DNA of 64,000 nucleotides from Collinsella sp. (GTDB lineage: Bacteria; Actinomycetota; Coriobacteriia; Coriobacteriales; Coriobacteriaceae): the NCBI GenBank assembly GCA_019414385.1, contig DXMD01000003.1, positions 24,629-88,628 on the forward strand, read 5' to 3'. The translations under genes and the position numbers were made by a program. Within the stretch, counting starts at the first letter, position 1; every line of letters begins with the position of its first letter. Shown piece after piece: positions 9,818 to 18,951 of this stretch. The notes below the pieces were generated by a model. That model was given only the letters and a program-made list of their open reading frames with translations. It was not told where the DNA came from and did no database searches.

Positions 9818-10735
9818 ATGCGCTGCCTTATCATCCACAACCCGGCATCGGGCCCCAGCTCAGATGAAATCTACGCATTCACGCACGCCCTTGCACAGGG
9901 CGGCGACGAAGTCGTGATGCGCTTTATCGGCGATGGCATGGAGCCCGAGGACGCCGTGGCAGACGTTCGCGAGTTCGACCGCGTGGTCGTCTCGGGCGGC
10001 GACGGCACCGTCTCCAACGTGCTCGACCAGATGCGCGGCTGCGGCGTTCCCACGCTCGTTTTCCCCTCCGGCACGGCCTGCCTGTTCTTTAACAACATCG
10101 GCAATGCCCCCGAGGCAGCGGCGCTTGCCAAGGCATGTCGCGCCGGCCGCACGGTCAAAGTAGACATGGGCGAGCTCTTTTGGCTCGACGAGAACGGCAA
10201 CGAAAAGCGCCATGGCTTTATCATCATCGCCGGTTCGGGCTTTGACGCCGAGATCATGATGAAGGCCGCCCCCACCAAAAACGACATCGGCGAGATCGCC
10301 TACTTCCTCTCCGCTCTCGCCACGCCCAACCCCACGGTGGCGCACTTTACCATTGAGCATGATGGCATTGTTGAGGAGCTCGACGGCATCTGCTGCATGG
10401 CGGGCAACACGTCTGTCATCCAAAACGACATCAACCTGTTCCCCAACTGCCGTATGAACGACGGCATGGTCGACATCGTCGTTATTGAGCCCGTGCGCAC
10501 GGTGCAGTTGCTCCCCACGGTAATCACCGCCGCGCTCGACCCCGCCGGCAAGGTACTCGGCCGCCCGCAGTTTAAGATCATCCAGACCAAAGAAGCCAAG
10601 ATTACCTGCACGCCATCGCTCGGCATGCAGTTTGATGGCGAGATCATCTCCAGCAACTCCGGCGTCTTTGGCGCCCGCGCGCTACCGCAATGCCTTGATA
10701 TCATCGTCGACGAATTCTCGCCGCTCGGAAAATAG
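9818..10735 (+). CDS. Diacylglycerol/lipid kinase family protein
   Basis: IHNPASG, SGGDGTV, PSGT, GFDA, QFDGE motifs. Confidence 0.88.
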   Translation: MRCLIIHNPASGPSSDEIYAFTHALAQGGDEVVMRFIGDGMEPEDAVADVREFDRVVVSGGDGTVSNVLDQMRGCGVPTLVFPSGTACLFFNNIGNAPEAAALAKACRAGRTVKVDMGELFWLDENGNEKRHGFIIIAGSGFDAEIMMKAAPTKNDIGEIAYFLSALATPNPTVAHFTIEHDGIVEELDGICCMAGNTSVIQNDINLFPNCRMNDGMVDIVVIEPVRTVQLLPTVITAALDPAGKVLGRPQFKIIQTKEAKITCTPSLGMQFDGEIISSNSGVFGARALPQCLDIIVDEFSPLGK

Positions 10736-10745
10736 GAGGACCCCC

Positions 10746-10838
10746 GTGAACGACAACCCCATCCTTGGCTTTATCGTCATCGTTTTGGCCATGCTCGTCG
10801 GCTATGCCATTAACGTGATTCACCGTCGAAAGAAGTAG
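10746..10838 (+). CDS. Putative 30-aa single-pass membrane protein
   Basis: AGGAGGA RBS, GTG start, MNDNPILGFIVIVLAMLVGYAINVIHRRKK, followed by a strong terminator. Confidence 0.65.
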   Translation: MNDNPILGFIVIVLAMLVGYAINVIHRRKK

Positions 10839-10866
10839 CCATTACTCTTAGACGGCCCGTGCAGCC

Positions 10867-10917
10867 CGGACCCCTCGCCGGCATGAAACCACATGCCGGC
10901 GAGGGGTCCGCTTTTTT
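10867..10917 (+). terminator. Intrinsic terminator
   Basis: 19-bp GC-rich stem CGGACCCCTCGCCGGCATG followed by CTTTTTT. Confidence 0.85.
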
Positions 10918-11132
10918 CTTGACGCTTTATTTAGCTACATTTTTCGCTGGCGTTATACAAATTGATTTCCCACTAAATGAGTTCAATTTACCGTTAATCG
11001 CATATTTCGCTACGCTTATCGAGTAAATAACTTTCATGAATGTATATTGTTTCGAATTCGTTACGCTAAGGGGGTGTAATTATTGGGTGAAGCCCTCTGG
11101 AGACAGAGGGCTTTCGCACGCTGGGAGGGAAT

Positions 11133-13061
11133 ATGAGTAAAACTCATCCCGTCAACGCGCTCAAGAAGCTTGGCATAGGCCTTGCATTTGGAGCTGCAAC
11201 CATCATGTCCATGCCGACATCTGCGCTCGCCTGCACGCAGATGTACATGGGCAACAAGCTGACGGCCGACGGTGACACGTACTATGGCCGCGCCGAGGAC
11301 TTCGATAAGCGCTACCTCAAGCACTTTGGCATTGAGCCTTCTCACGGCCCGGGGCATACGTACGGCTCGGACGAGTCCGCATTCATGTATACCTCGACCA
11401 AGACCACGTATCGCTACACCTATGTACGCGACCATCCCTCCCAGTGGCACGGGCGCTATGATGCCTACTCTGAGGCAGGCATCAATGAGAAGGGCGTGTC
11501 CTGCTCCGCAACGCTGACCACCGGCATGAATGCTGATGCTGAGGCAGCAGACCCCCTGACCAAAACCGGTATTGGCGAGTACAGCTACGGCAGCGTTATC
11601 TTAGGTGAAAGCGCCAATGCACGTGAGGGCGTCGAGCTCCTCGGCAAGATCATCGACGAGCAGGGCGCCTGCGGCAACGATCAGATTATCATCGCCGACA
11701 GCAACGAGACTTGGCTGTTTGCCGCACTTTCCGGCCACCAGTGGATCGCCATGAGGCTCACTGACGATATCGCCTCGCTCAACCCCAACATCGGCAACCT
11801 CAACTACAAGGTTGACCTCACCGACACCGCGAACTGTCTCCACTCTGCGACCATCGAGTCCATGCCTAAGGAGAATGGCTTCGCCAAGTACTTCGATGAC
11901 GGTCAATTTGACGTTGCCCAGACCTACGGCGAGGCAATTAGCGAAAAGGCCATGCATTCTTGGGCCCGTTATGTCCAGGGTCGCGCCTACTTCGGTGTGC
12001 CGCTCACCGAGGGCACCGACTACGAGATCGTCAAGGACGAGCGCGAAGATGCTCGTGCCACGACCGGCGCCCTGGTTAGCAAGGCGCAGCCGCTGTTCTT
12101 CCAGCCCGGCAAGTCCGACTGGAACACCTTTGAGATGATCCGCGCGTTTGGCAACCGCGGCGAGAAGGTCCCGGGCCTCAACGCCAACACCGACGGCGCC
12201 TACGCCATTGGTACCGAGACCAACACCGAGGTCAATCTCTTCCAGATCCGTCAGGGCATGGACCCCGAGATCGCGACCATCCAGTGGGAGATGCTCTCCC
12301 GCGCCGCCTACTCCGTCGCCATCCCCTACTACTCCGCACTGCTCACCGAGGTTAGCCCGTACTACAGCGACCAGACCGTCTCCTTCGATCACTGCGAAGA
12401 GGAGGACATCGTGAACAACGAGGAGCCCGAGAACTCCATCAACTATGTCCTCATGGACATCAGCTCCCTGTGCTTCGAGTACCGTGAGCAGCTCGGCACC
12501 GGCGTTCGCGCCTACCTCGACGCTCTCCAGAACGAGCTCATCGAGCAGAACCTCGAGGTCGACAAGGCCATGCTCGCCGAGACCACCACTGAGGGCCGCA
12601 CCGCCCTGGCCAACAAGGCCGGCAACGCTGCCACCAAGAACACCTATGTCAAGTGCAAGGCCCTGCTTCAGGAGATGCGCGCTTATCTGAAGGCTGAGGA
12701 CTTCAGCAAGCCCTTCACCCCGAGCGACCTGAACACCGAGACCAACGGCCTCAAGGTGTCCATCACTTACGCCAAGGATGCTCTTGCCACCGATCCGGTC
12801 ACCCCGGATCAGCCCGGCACCCCCGAGCAGCCCGGCACCCCCGAGCAGCCCGCTAAGCCCGAGCAGCCCACCACCAAGCCCGAGAAGCCTGGCAAGTCGA
12901 ACACCACGACCACAGTAACCACCAACAAAACGAACACCAAGGGCGGCCTGCCCACCACCGGTGATCGTTTTGATGGCCGCGTGGTGGCTGCATTCGCCAT
13001 CGCTGGCGTTGCCGTCATCTCCGCGGGCGGTTACTTCCTCTACCGTCGCAATAAGGAGTAA
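11133..13061 (+). CDS. Sortase-anchored C69-family (Ntn-hydrolase) peptidase
   Basis: Signal peptide ending ALA followed by CT, GRAED, EAGINEKGV, AREGVELLG; Pro-rich linker; LPTTG, TM helix and basic tail. Confidence 0.85.
   Translation: MSKTHPVNALKKLGIGLAFGAATIMSMPTSALACTQMYMGNKLTADGDTYYGRAEDFDKRYLKHFGIEPSHGPGHTYGSDESAFMYTSTKTTYRYTYVRDHPSQWHGRYDAYSEAGINEKGVSCSATLTTGMNADAEAADPLTKTGIGEYSYGSVILGESANAREGVELLGKIIDEQGACGNDQIIIADSNETWLFAALSGHQWIAMRLTDDIASLNPNIGNLNYKVDLTDTANCLHSATIESMPKENGFAKYFDDGQFDVAQTYGEAISEKAMHSWARYVQGRAYFGVPLTEGTDYEIVKDEREDARATTGALVSKAQPLFFQPGKSDWNTFEMIRAFGNRGEKVPGLNANTDGAYAIGTETNTEVNLFQIRQGMDPEIATIQWEMLSRAAYSVAIPYYSALLTEVSPYYSDQTVSFDHCEEEDIVNNEEPENSINYVLMDISSLCFEYREQLGTGVRAYLDALQNELIEQNLEVDKAMLAETTTEGRTALANKAGNAATKNTYVKCKALLQEMRAYLKAEDFSKPFTPSDLNTETNGLKVSITYAKDALATDPVTPDQPGTPEQPGTPEQPAKPEQPTTKPEKPGKSNTTTTVTTNKTNTKGGLPTTGDRFDGRVVAAFAIAGVAVISAGGYFLYRRNKE
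12801..12872 (+). repeat. Imperfect 18-bp coding tandem repeat (TPEQPG-like units)
   Basis: ACCCCGGATCAGCCCGGC / ACCCCCGAGCAGCCCGGC / ACCCCCGAGCAGCCCGCT / AAGCCCGAGCAGCCCACC. Confidence 0.8.
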
Positions 13062-13068
13062 CGTCTTA

Positions 13069-13110
13069 GCTGAGCGGGCGAGGCAGCAATGTCAGCCTCG
13101 CCCGCTCAGC
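13069..13110 (+). terminator. Terminator-like hairpin after the peptidase gene
   Basis: 16-bp perfect stem GCTGAGCGGGCGAGGC. Confidence 0.7.
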
Positions 13111-13248
13111 CCGCTCTTTTGACCGGCGGGAAACCCGCCCGAAATCTTTTTAAAATAGATTTCCCCGCACACACTTCGCTGTGCTATAGTGCAGCGAAAC
13201 AGCAACTAGGTGCGACCGCGCCACGGCATCACGAAAGGAGCCACCAAC

Positions 13249-13317
13249 ATGAAGAACACGATGACGTCTCTCAACAACTGGTGGTGGCGTGATGCGAATA
13301 CGATCGGTCGACAGTGA
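13249..13317 (+). CDS. Tryptophan attenuator leader peptide MKNTMTSLNNWWWRDANTIGRQ
   Basis: GAAAGGAG RBS, three consecutive TGG codons at 13279-13287, upstream of a TrpP-like gene. Confidence 0.88.
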   Translation: MKNTMTSLNNWWWRDANTIGRQ

Positions 13318-13353
13318 GTCCCTCACGCCTGTTTTTGCGCTCTAGGTGATTGG

Positions 13354-13385
13354 AAGGCCTCCGGTTTCGACCGGGGGCCTTTTTT
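13354..13385 (+). terminator. Attenuator terminator hairpin
   Basis: AAGGCCTCCGG-tttcga-CCGGGGGCCTT followed by a T tract, between leader and transporter. Confidence 0.85.
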
Positions 13386-13462
13386 CTATCTCGAGCCCGA
13401 TCGCATTCGCATCACGCGCCTCCGCTTTTCTCTTGCACTCCCATTCCGAAAGGATTTTCACC

Positions 13463-14035
13463 ATGTCTCAGAACACCACCGCCGCCCAGCCCCGCACCGT
13501 CCAGACCGCCGACCGCGGCAAACTCGATGTCCGCGCCCTCGTCCTGCTCGCCATCCTGCTCGCCGCCGGCTTCATCCTCAACTTCACCGTCGGCAAGGCA
13601 ATCTCGGGCATCTCGGGCGGCATGATCAGCCCCGAGTTCATCATCTCGGCCTTCTGCCTCACCATCCTGGTCGTTCGCCCCAACATCGGCCAGGCGCTCG
13701 TCATTGGCCTCATCTCGGCTGCCGTGATCCAGATCACCACCACTTCGCCGTTCGTCGATTTTGCCGCCGAGGGCATCGCCGCCATGCTCATGGCCGTCAT
13801 CGTTAACGCTGCTGCCAAGGACGGACAGGTCAAGTCTGCCGTCGCCATCGTCGCAACGTTCGTGACCACCTTTGTCTCGGGCGTCATCTTCATGGTCATC
13901 AAGATGGCCATGCTCGGCGTGGTGGGCGAGCTCGCCGCCGCTATGCTGCCCGTCGTCGCCATGACCGCCGTCTTTAACGCCATTCTGGTCGGCGCCCTCT
14001 ACTTGCCCATCCAGAAGGCCCTTAGGCTCAATTAA
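13463..14035 (+). CDS. ECF transporter S component, tryptophan-specific (TrpP-like)
   Basis: Very hydrophobic ~190 aa protein, GGMISPEF resembles TrpP GGMKPDM; Trp leader upstream; ECF A and T genes downstream. Confidence 0.8.
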   Translation: MSQNTTAAQPRTVQTADRGKLDVRALVLLAILLAAGFILNFTVGKAISGISGGMISPEFIISAFCLTILVVRPNIGQALVIGLISAAVIQITTTSPFVDFAAEGIAAMLMAVIVNAAAKDGQVKSAVAIVATFVTTFVSGVIFMVIKMAMLGVVGELAAAMLPVVAMTAVFNAILVGALYLPIQKALRLN

Positions 14036-14161
14036 CCCGCTCGGCTTTACGAGCCACCCCATCTTGGCGTTCATTCGTCACTCGCGTACCCAAGTACGCT
14101 TCGCCCCTCTTTCGCGCCAACCTGGGGCCCCTCGCAAAGCCGTCTCCGCACTCCACCAACA

Positions 14162-14235
14162 AAGACTGTCCCAAACGACTAGCTTTTGGGGACGTTCTTA
14201 AACAACTGGTCATTTAAGACTGTCCCCAATGACTA
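14162..14235. repeat. Two imperfect 20-bp direct repeats with CTGTCCC core
   Basis: AAGACTGTCCCAAACGACTA (14162) and AAGACTGTCCCCAATGACTA (14216), with an inverted TTTGGGGAC between them. Confidence 0.65.
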
Positions 14236-14247
14236 TGAAAGGTATCC

Positions 14248-15999
14248 ATGGAAACGATCATCAACGTCGACGATGTCTCGTTCTCCTATGGCACGCAGAC
14301 CGAGCAGGCGCTTAGCCACATCTCGCTCAGCGTGAACAAGAGAGATTTCATCGGCATCATCGGGCCCTCGGGCGCCGGCAAGTCCACGCTTGCCGCCTGC
14401 CTGTCGGGTGCCGTGCCCCACCACTACACCGGCACGTTCTTTGGGTCCGTCATGGTTGACGGCCACGACACCTGCGAGGTCTCGCTGACCGACGTGTCGC
14501 AAATCGTCGGCAGTGTGCTGCAGGATATCGACACGCAGATGGTCGCTTCGGTCGTCGAGGACGAGATGCTCTTTGGACTCGAGAACTTTGGCGTTCCCCA
14601 CGACCAGATCGAGCAGCGCGTGAGCGAAACGCTCGAGACCGTCGGCATCAGCGACCTGCGCGACCGCGAGATCGCCACCCTCTCGGGCGGACAGAAGCAA
14701 AAGGTAGCCATCGCCGCCATCCTCGCCATGCGTCCGCGCGTCTTGGTTCTCGACGAGCCCACCGCGGCACTCGACCCCGCCAGCTCCACGTTGGTCTTCG
14801 AGACGCTACGTGAGGCAAATCGCGCACTTGGAATCACCATCGTCGTCGTTGAGCAAAAGGTCGCCCTGCTCTCGGAGTACTGCAACCGCGTGTTCGTGCT
14901 CAACCATGGCGAAATCGCGCTGCAGGGCGATCCACACGAGGTCTTCGCGCATTCCGACGAGCTCCGTGCCATCGGCGTCGACTGCCCTCGCGTCACGCGT
15001 ATCTTCAATAGCCTCGAGGCCGATGGCCTGGTAAGCGGTACCCCCTGCTTGGATGTCGATGAGGCCGAGCGCCTGATTTCGGGCATCGTCGACCCCGCAC
15101 ACGCGGCCATCGAAGCCCAGACGCCCGCCGGTTCCCCGCATGCACCGTCGTTGCGCCCTCATGCCAAGGACGCCGAACCCGTGCTCACCTTCGATCATGT
15201 TGAGTTTGCCTATCCCAATGGCGGAGCCGCCGTACACGACCTTAGCCTGACGCTCTATCCTGGCGAGCTCGTGGGCATCGTCGGCCAAAACGGCGCCGGC
15301 AAGACCACGCTCACCAAACTGCTCACAGGCCTGCTTAAGCCCGCCTCGGGCAGCGTGCGCGTCACGGGACTGGATACCGCAGCCGTTCCCACGAGCCGCA
15401 TCGCCCGCGAAGTCGCAACCCTCTTCCAAAACCCCGACCGCCAGATCTGCAAGGATACCGTACTCGACGAGGTCGCTTTTGGCCTAGAGCTTGCCGGCAT
15501 CGACCGTGCCGAGGCTCTGCGTCGTGCCCAGCTCGTCATCGACCGCTTTGGCCTGCCTGCCGATGAGGCACCTTTCTCGCTTTCGCGCGGCCAGCGACAA
15601 ATGGTGGCGCTTGCCTCCGTCGTAGTTGTTGAGCCCAAGATCGTCGTGCTCGACGAGCCCACGAGCGGCCTTGATTACCGCGAGTGCATGACCGTCATGG
15701 AAACGGTGCGCACCATGGCCGAGCGCGGCTGCGCCGTGATTATGGTCTGTCACGACATGGAAGTCGTTTCCGACTTTGCCGAGCGTATCGTAGTAATGGC
15801 CGACGGTCGCATCCTCGACCGCGGCCGCACGCACGAGCTATTCTCGAACATCGATCTCATGCGGCGTGCCTACGTGGAGCCTCCCCAGGTTATTGAACTC
15901 TCGCGCCGTCTGGCATCTTCCGTCTCGCCCGCTTTTGCGCAGGTGAGCGAGGTCACCGATGTCGTTCGCATTACCAAGGAGATGGTCCACCGTGGTTAA
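14248..15999 (+). CDS. ECF transporter fused double ATPase (A-A')
   Basis: Two ABC domains: GPSGAGKS/LSGGQKQ/LDEPT and GQNGAGKT/LSRGQRQ/LDEPT. Confidence 0.93.
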   Translation: METIINVDDVSFSYGTQTEQALSHISLSVNKRDFIGIIGPSGAGKSTLAACLSGAVPHHYTGTFFGSVMVDGHDTCEVSLTDVSQIVGSVLQDIDTQMVASVVEDEMLFGLENFGVPHDQIEQRVSETLETVGISDLRDREIATLSGGQKQKVAIAAILAMRPRVLVLDEPTAALDPASSTLVFETLREANRALGITIVVVEQKVALLSEYCNRVFVLNHGEIALQGDPHEVFAHSDELRAIGVDCPRVTRIFNSLEADGLVSGTPCLDVDEAERLISGIVDPAHAAIEAQTPAGSPHAPSLRPHAKDAEPVLTFDHVEFAYPNGGAAVHDLSLTLYPGELVGIVGQNGAGKTTLTKLLTGLLKPASGSVRVTGLDTAAVPTSRIAREVATLFQNPDRQICKDTVLDEVAFGLELAGIDRAEALRRAQLVIDRFGLPADEAPFSLSRGQRQMVALASVVVVEPKIVVLDEPTSGLDYRECMTVMETVRTMAERGCAVIMVCHDMEVVSDFAERIVVMADGRILDRGRTHELFSNIDLMRRAYVEPPQVIELSRRLASSVSPAFAQVSEVTDVVRITKEMVHRG

Positions 16000-16738
16000 C
16001 GTCATCGACTACATGCCGGGCGATACGCTGCTGCATCGCCTGAACCCCGTCGTCAAACTGGGCCTCGCCGCCGCCATCATCGTCGGCATCTTCTTGTCCG
16101 ACACCTACGTGGCGCTGCTGGGCTTTTTGGTGCTCACCCTTGCGCTGGGTGCCTATGCCGGCGTCGTCGACCGTCTGTTCTCGCTGCTCGAGTTGCTGAT
16201 TCCGCTCGCGCTTATCATGCTGGTGCTCCAGCTGGCCTTTATGCGCGATGGCAACGTGGTGTGGGGCTTTATCACCGACACGGGCCTCATCACGGGATCG
16301 AAGGCCTGTCTGCGCCTGCTGGGTGTGGCGTTACCGCTCATCCTCATGCTCATGGTGACCAAGCTCAACGACCTCGCCAACGCCTGCGTCGAGGTGCTGC
16401 ACGTGCCGTATCGCTATGCCTTCACCTTTACCACGGCGCTACGCTTTGTGCCGGTGTTTGGTCAGGAGATGAACGCCATCATGGAAGCGCAGACCGCACG
16501 CGGCGTCGAGTACGACACCAAGAACCCCATCAAGAAGCTTAAGCTCATGCTGCCACTGTGCGTGCCACTGCTCATCTCGAGCGTGGGCAAGACCGATGCC
16601 ACAGCCTTGGCGGCAGAACAGCGCGGCTTCTATCTGCGTACACGCGCCAGCTCGTACAAGCGCTACCCCATCAAGGTCCTGGACATCGCCGTGCTCATCG
16701 TCAGCATCGCCCTCATCGCCATCGGCTTCCTGTTCTAG
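15992..16738 (+). CDS. ECF transporter T component
   Basis: LHRLNPVVK, ALRFVP, AQTARG, AEQRGF conserved Arg motifs. Confidence 0.92.
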   Translation: MVNVIDYMPGDTLLHRLNPVVKLGLAAAIIVGIFLSDTYVALLGFLVLTLALGAYAGVVDRLFSLLELLIPLALIMLVLQLAFMRDGNVVWGFITDTGLITGSKACLRLLGVALPLILMLMVTKLNDLANACVEVLHVPYRYAFTFTTALRFVPVFGQEMNAIMEAQTARGVEYDTKNPIKKLKLMLPLCVPLLISSVGKTDATALAAEQRGFYLRTRASSYKRYPIKVLDIAVLIVSIALIAIGFLF

Positions 16739-16767
16739 TTCGTCACCGGCAGCAACCGCCCAACGCA

Positions 16768-16804
16768 AAAGGCCTCGGCTCGCACCAAACGAGCCGAGGC
16801 CTTT
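16768..16804. terminator. Bidirectional terminator
   Basis: AAAGGCCTCGGCTCG/CGAGCCGAGGCCTTT between convergent genes. Confidence 0.8.
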
Positions 16805-16822
16805 ACTGTTTCACCAGATAAA

Positions 16823-16857
16823 ACCTACCAAAATTAACCTGTCCCTTTTTGACAGGT
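16823..16857 (+). repeat. 35-bp REP-like imperfect palindrome, copy 1
   Basis: ACCTACCAAAATTAACCTGTCCCTTTTTGACAGGT; related copies at 52852 (-) and 53585 (+). Confidence 0.8.
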
Positions 16858-16863
16858 CGGAAG

Positions 16864-17610
16864 CTAGAGGCGGTAGAGGGCGCCGCTGCGGATGATGGAT
16901 TCGCGCACCAGGACATCCATGGCATCGAGGGTGATCTCGGGCATCTCTCGATACTTCTGCAGCACCGATAGCTCGGTGCAGGCCAGAATGACACGGTCGC
17001 AGCCGCTACGGGCGAACTCCCACATCACGCGGTCGAACTTATCCATATCGGGCTCACGTCCGGCCTTCACATCATCGTAGATAAGCGACATCACATCGTT
17101 CTGACGTTTCTCGCTGGGATAGACAACCTCAACACCCGCGGCCTCGCATTCGCGGCCGTAGACGCCCGCGCCCACGGTTCCGTCGGTGCCCATGATGCCA
17201 ATCTTGCGCACCGGCTCGGCCGGCATACTCAGGTTGGGGTCGAACTCGCACTCCCCCATCACCGCACCCGCAAGGGCATAGCGCACCGACTCACGCGGCA
17301 TGTGGATAATCGGCACCTTCGTAAACGACTGGATCTGGTCGTAGAAGTAGTGTGACGTGTTGCAGGGAATGGCAATGTGCACACAGCCCAGCGACTCGAG
17401 TGCCTGGGCACACTCTTTCATGGTCGCCAGCAGCTTGGCATGCTCGCCGGTCTTAATGGCAAGCGTGCGGTCGGGCATGGTCGACTTGGAGAGCACCACC
17501 ATGTCGATATGTTCCTGATCGCAGGCAGCAGCCGTATGGCGCACCACCTGGTCGTAGTAATACGACGTGGCCTCGGCGCCCATGCCGCCGATAACTCCCA
17601 GCTTTTCCAT
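16864..17610 (-). CDS. Aspartate racemase
   Basis: LGVIGGMG, PDRT, IPCNTSH, ILACTEL (two catalytic Cys); ATG 17610 after AAGGAGG. Confidence 0.9.
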   Translation of the reverse strand: MEKLGVIGGMGAEATSYYYDQVVRHTAAACDQEHIDMVVLSKSTMPDRTLAIKTGEHAKLLATMKECAQALESLGCVHIAIPCNTSHYFYDQIQSFTKVPIIHMPRESVRYALAGAVMGECEFDPNLSMPAEPVRKIGIMGTDGTVGAGVYGRECEAAGVEVVYPSEKRQNDVMSLIYDDVKAGREPDMDKFDRVMWEFARSGCDRVILACTELSVLQKYREMPEITLDAMDVLVRESIIRSGALYRL

Positions 17611-17694
17611 CGCCGCCTCCTTGGTGACGCTTGCGCAATTGCGCGTATCATACCCGCACCCGCCCGATGTAAACCGGACGGGCGCCGCACTCAT

Positions 17695-18951
17695 CTACTT
17701 GTAATACGTCTTGAACAGCTTAAAGTGGCGCAGCTTGGTGTGCCACATGCGCAGCCAGCGGTTAAAGACAAAGTCGCCCTTCATAAACGAAGGGTCGGCG
17801 CCCTTGCCTTCCTTGTCCAGGCGATGCACTTTAGCGCGTAGCTCGGAATCCTTGACGTACTTGTCGACGACGCCCATGGGGACGACCATCCACAGCGCCT
17901 CGTCCTGCGCCGTCACAAACTCCGGCTCAAACGGGCGGTTGAACACATACTCGTCCACCACATACTTGGCAACGTTAAAGCCGCTGTTGGTGACGTAGTA
18001 GTTGCTGCGGCCTTGGCGCGTGTTGAAATCGAAGAACTTAAACGAGCCGTCGCGCTCGTCGTACTTAACGTCAAAGTTGGAATAGCCCACAAAGTGAAGG
18101 TCCTCGAGCAACTTGCGCACGCCGCCCATGAGCTCGTCATTGGGCTCGGTGATGATACAGGCGTGGTTGCCGACACCGTGAGGCTGATGCTCCTCGAGCA
18201 GCACGTGGCCCAGGCACATCATGCGCACCTTGCCGTTGCGGTCGGAATAACTGGTGAGCACGCGCATGTACTCGTCGTTGCCGGGCACGCGATCCTGCAA
18301 GATCAGGTCGTCGGTGTAGCCGCTGGCATACGAGTCGCGAATGACCTGTTCCAGCTCGGCACGGTCGGCAATCTCATAGGCCTTTTTCTGGCCCTCGAAC
18401 TCATGCTGCCACCACATGATGCCGTCAGAAGGCTTCAGAATCATCGGGTAGGGAAAATCGATCTGGTCGAGCACTTCGGCAGGTGCCTCGCCTTGGGCGT
18501 TCAGCATCGCCATGGTGAAGGTAAAGGTATGCGGATAGGGCACGCCATGCTTCTCGCACAGCTCGTAGAAGATCTCCTTCTTCTGACACTGCTCAAGCAT
18601 GCTGTAGGGAGCGTAAGGCGCGACGATGTTATCCGCCAACTCATGGGCATCCTTGGCCTGAGCCACGAGGGCAACATAGTTATCGCCACAGCCCACAAGA
18701 ACAATCGTCTTATCGGCATGCGCTTGGGCAATGCCGTTGACGGTCCTGAGCATCACGGGCATGGTATCGATATCCACGTTGGGCGTGTAGTCGATAATCT
18801 GGCTGCGGTACGCGGGACCCGTCTGGTACTTGCCAAAGACCAGACTCTTGACCTGGTACTCCTCGTAGAAGGCGCGCGCCACCGAATAGGCGTTGATGTC
18901 GCCACCGAGCAGCACGGGAATGAACTCGCGCTCTGTAAACTGCAATGCCAT
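17695..18951 (-). CDS. ATP-grasp D-aspartate ligase (Asl-type, peptidoglycan cross-bridge)
   Basis: LLGGDINAYSVARAF, CLGHVLLEEH, NFDVKYD, FNTRQGRSNYY; co-oriented with Asp racemase. Confidence 0.85.
   Translation of the reverse strand: MALQFTEREFIPVLLGGDINAYSVARAFYEEYQVKSLVFGKYQTGPAYRSQIIDYTPNVDIDTMPVMLRTVNGIAQAHADKTIVLVGCGDNYVALVAQAKDAHELADNIVAPYAPYSMLEQCQKKEIFYELCEKHGVPYPHTFTFTMAMLNAQGEAPAEVLDQIDFPYPMILKPSDGIMWWQHEFEGQKKAYEIADRAELEQVIRDSYASGYTDDLILQDRVPGNDEYMRVLTSYSDRNGKVRMMCLGHVLLEEHQPHGVGNHACIITEPNDELMGGVRKLLEDLHFVGYSNFDVKYDERDGSFKFFDFNTRQGRSNYYVTNSGFNVAKYVVDEYVFNRPFEPEFVTAQDEALWMVVPMGVVDKYVKDSELRAKVHRLDKEGKGADPSFMKGDFVFNRWLRMWHTKLRHFKLFKTYYK

Noticed and set aside
14162..14235. Two direct repeats at 54-bp period resembling a mini CRISPR
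   Set aside because: Only two imperfect 20-bp copies, the spacer contains an inverted copy of the core, and no cas genes are in the window
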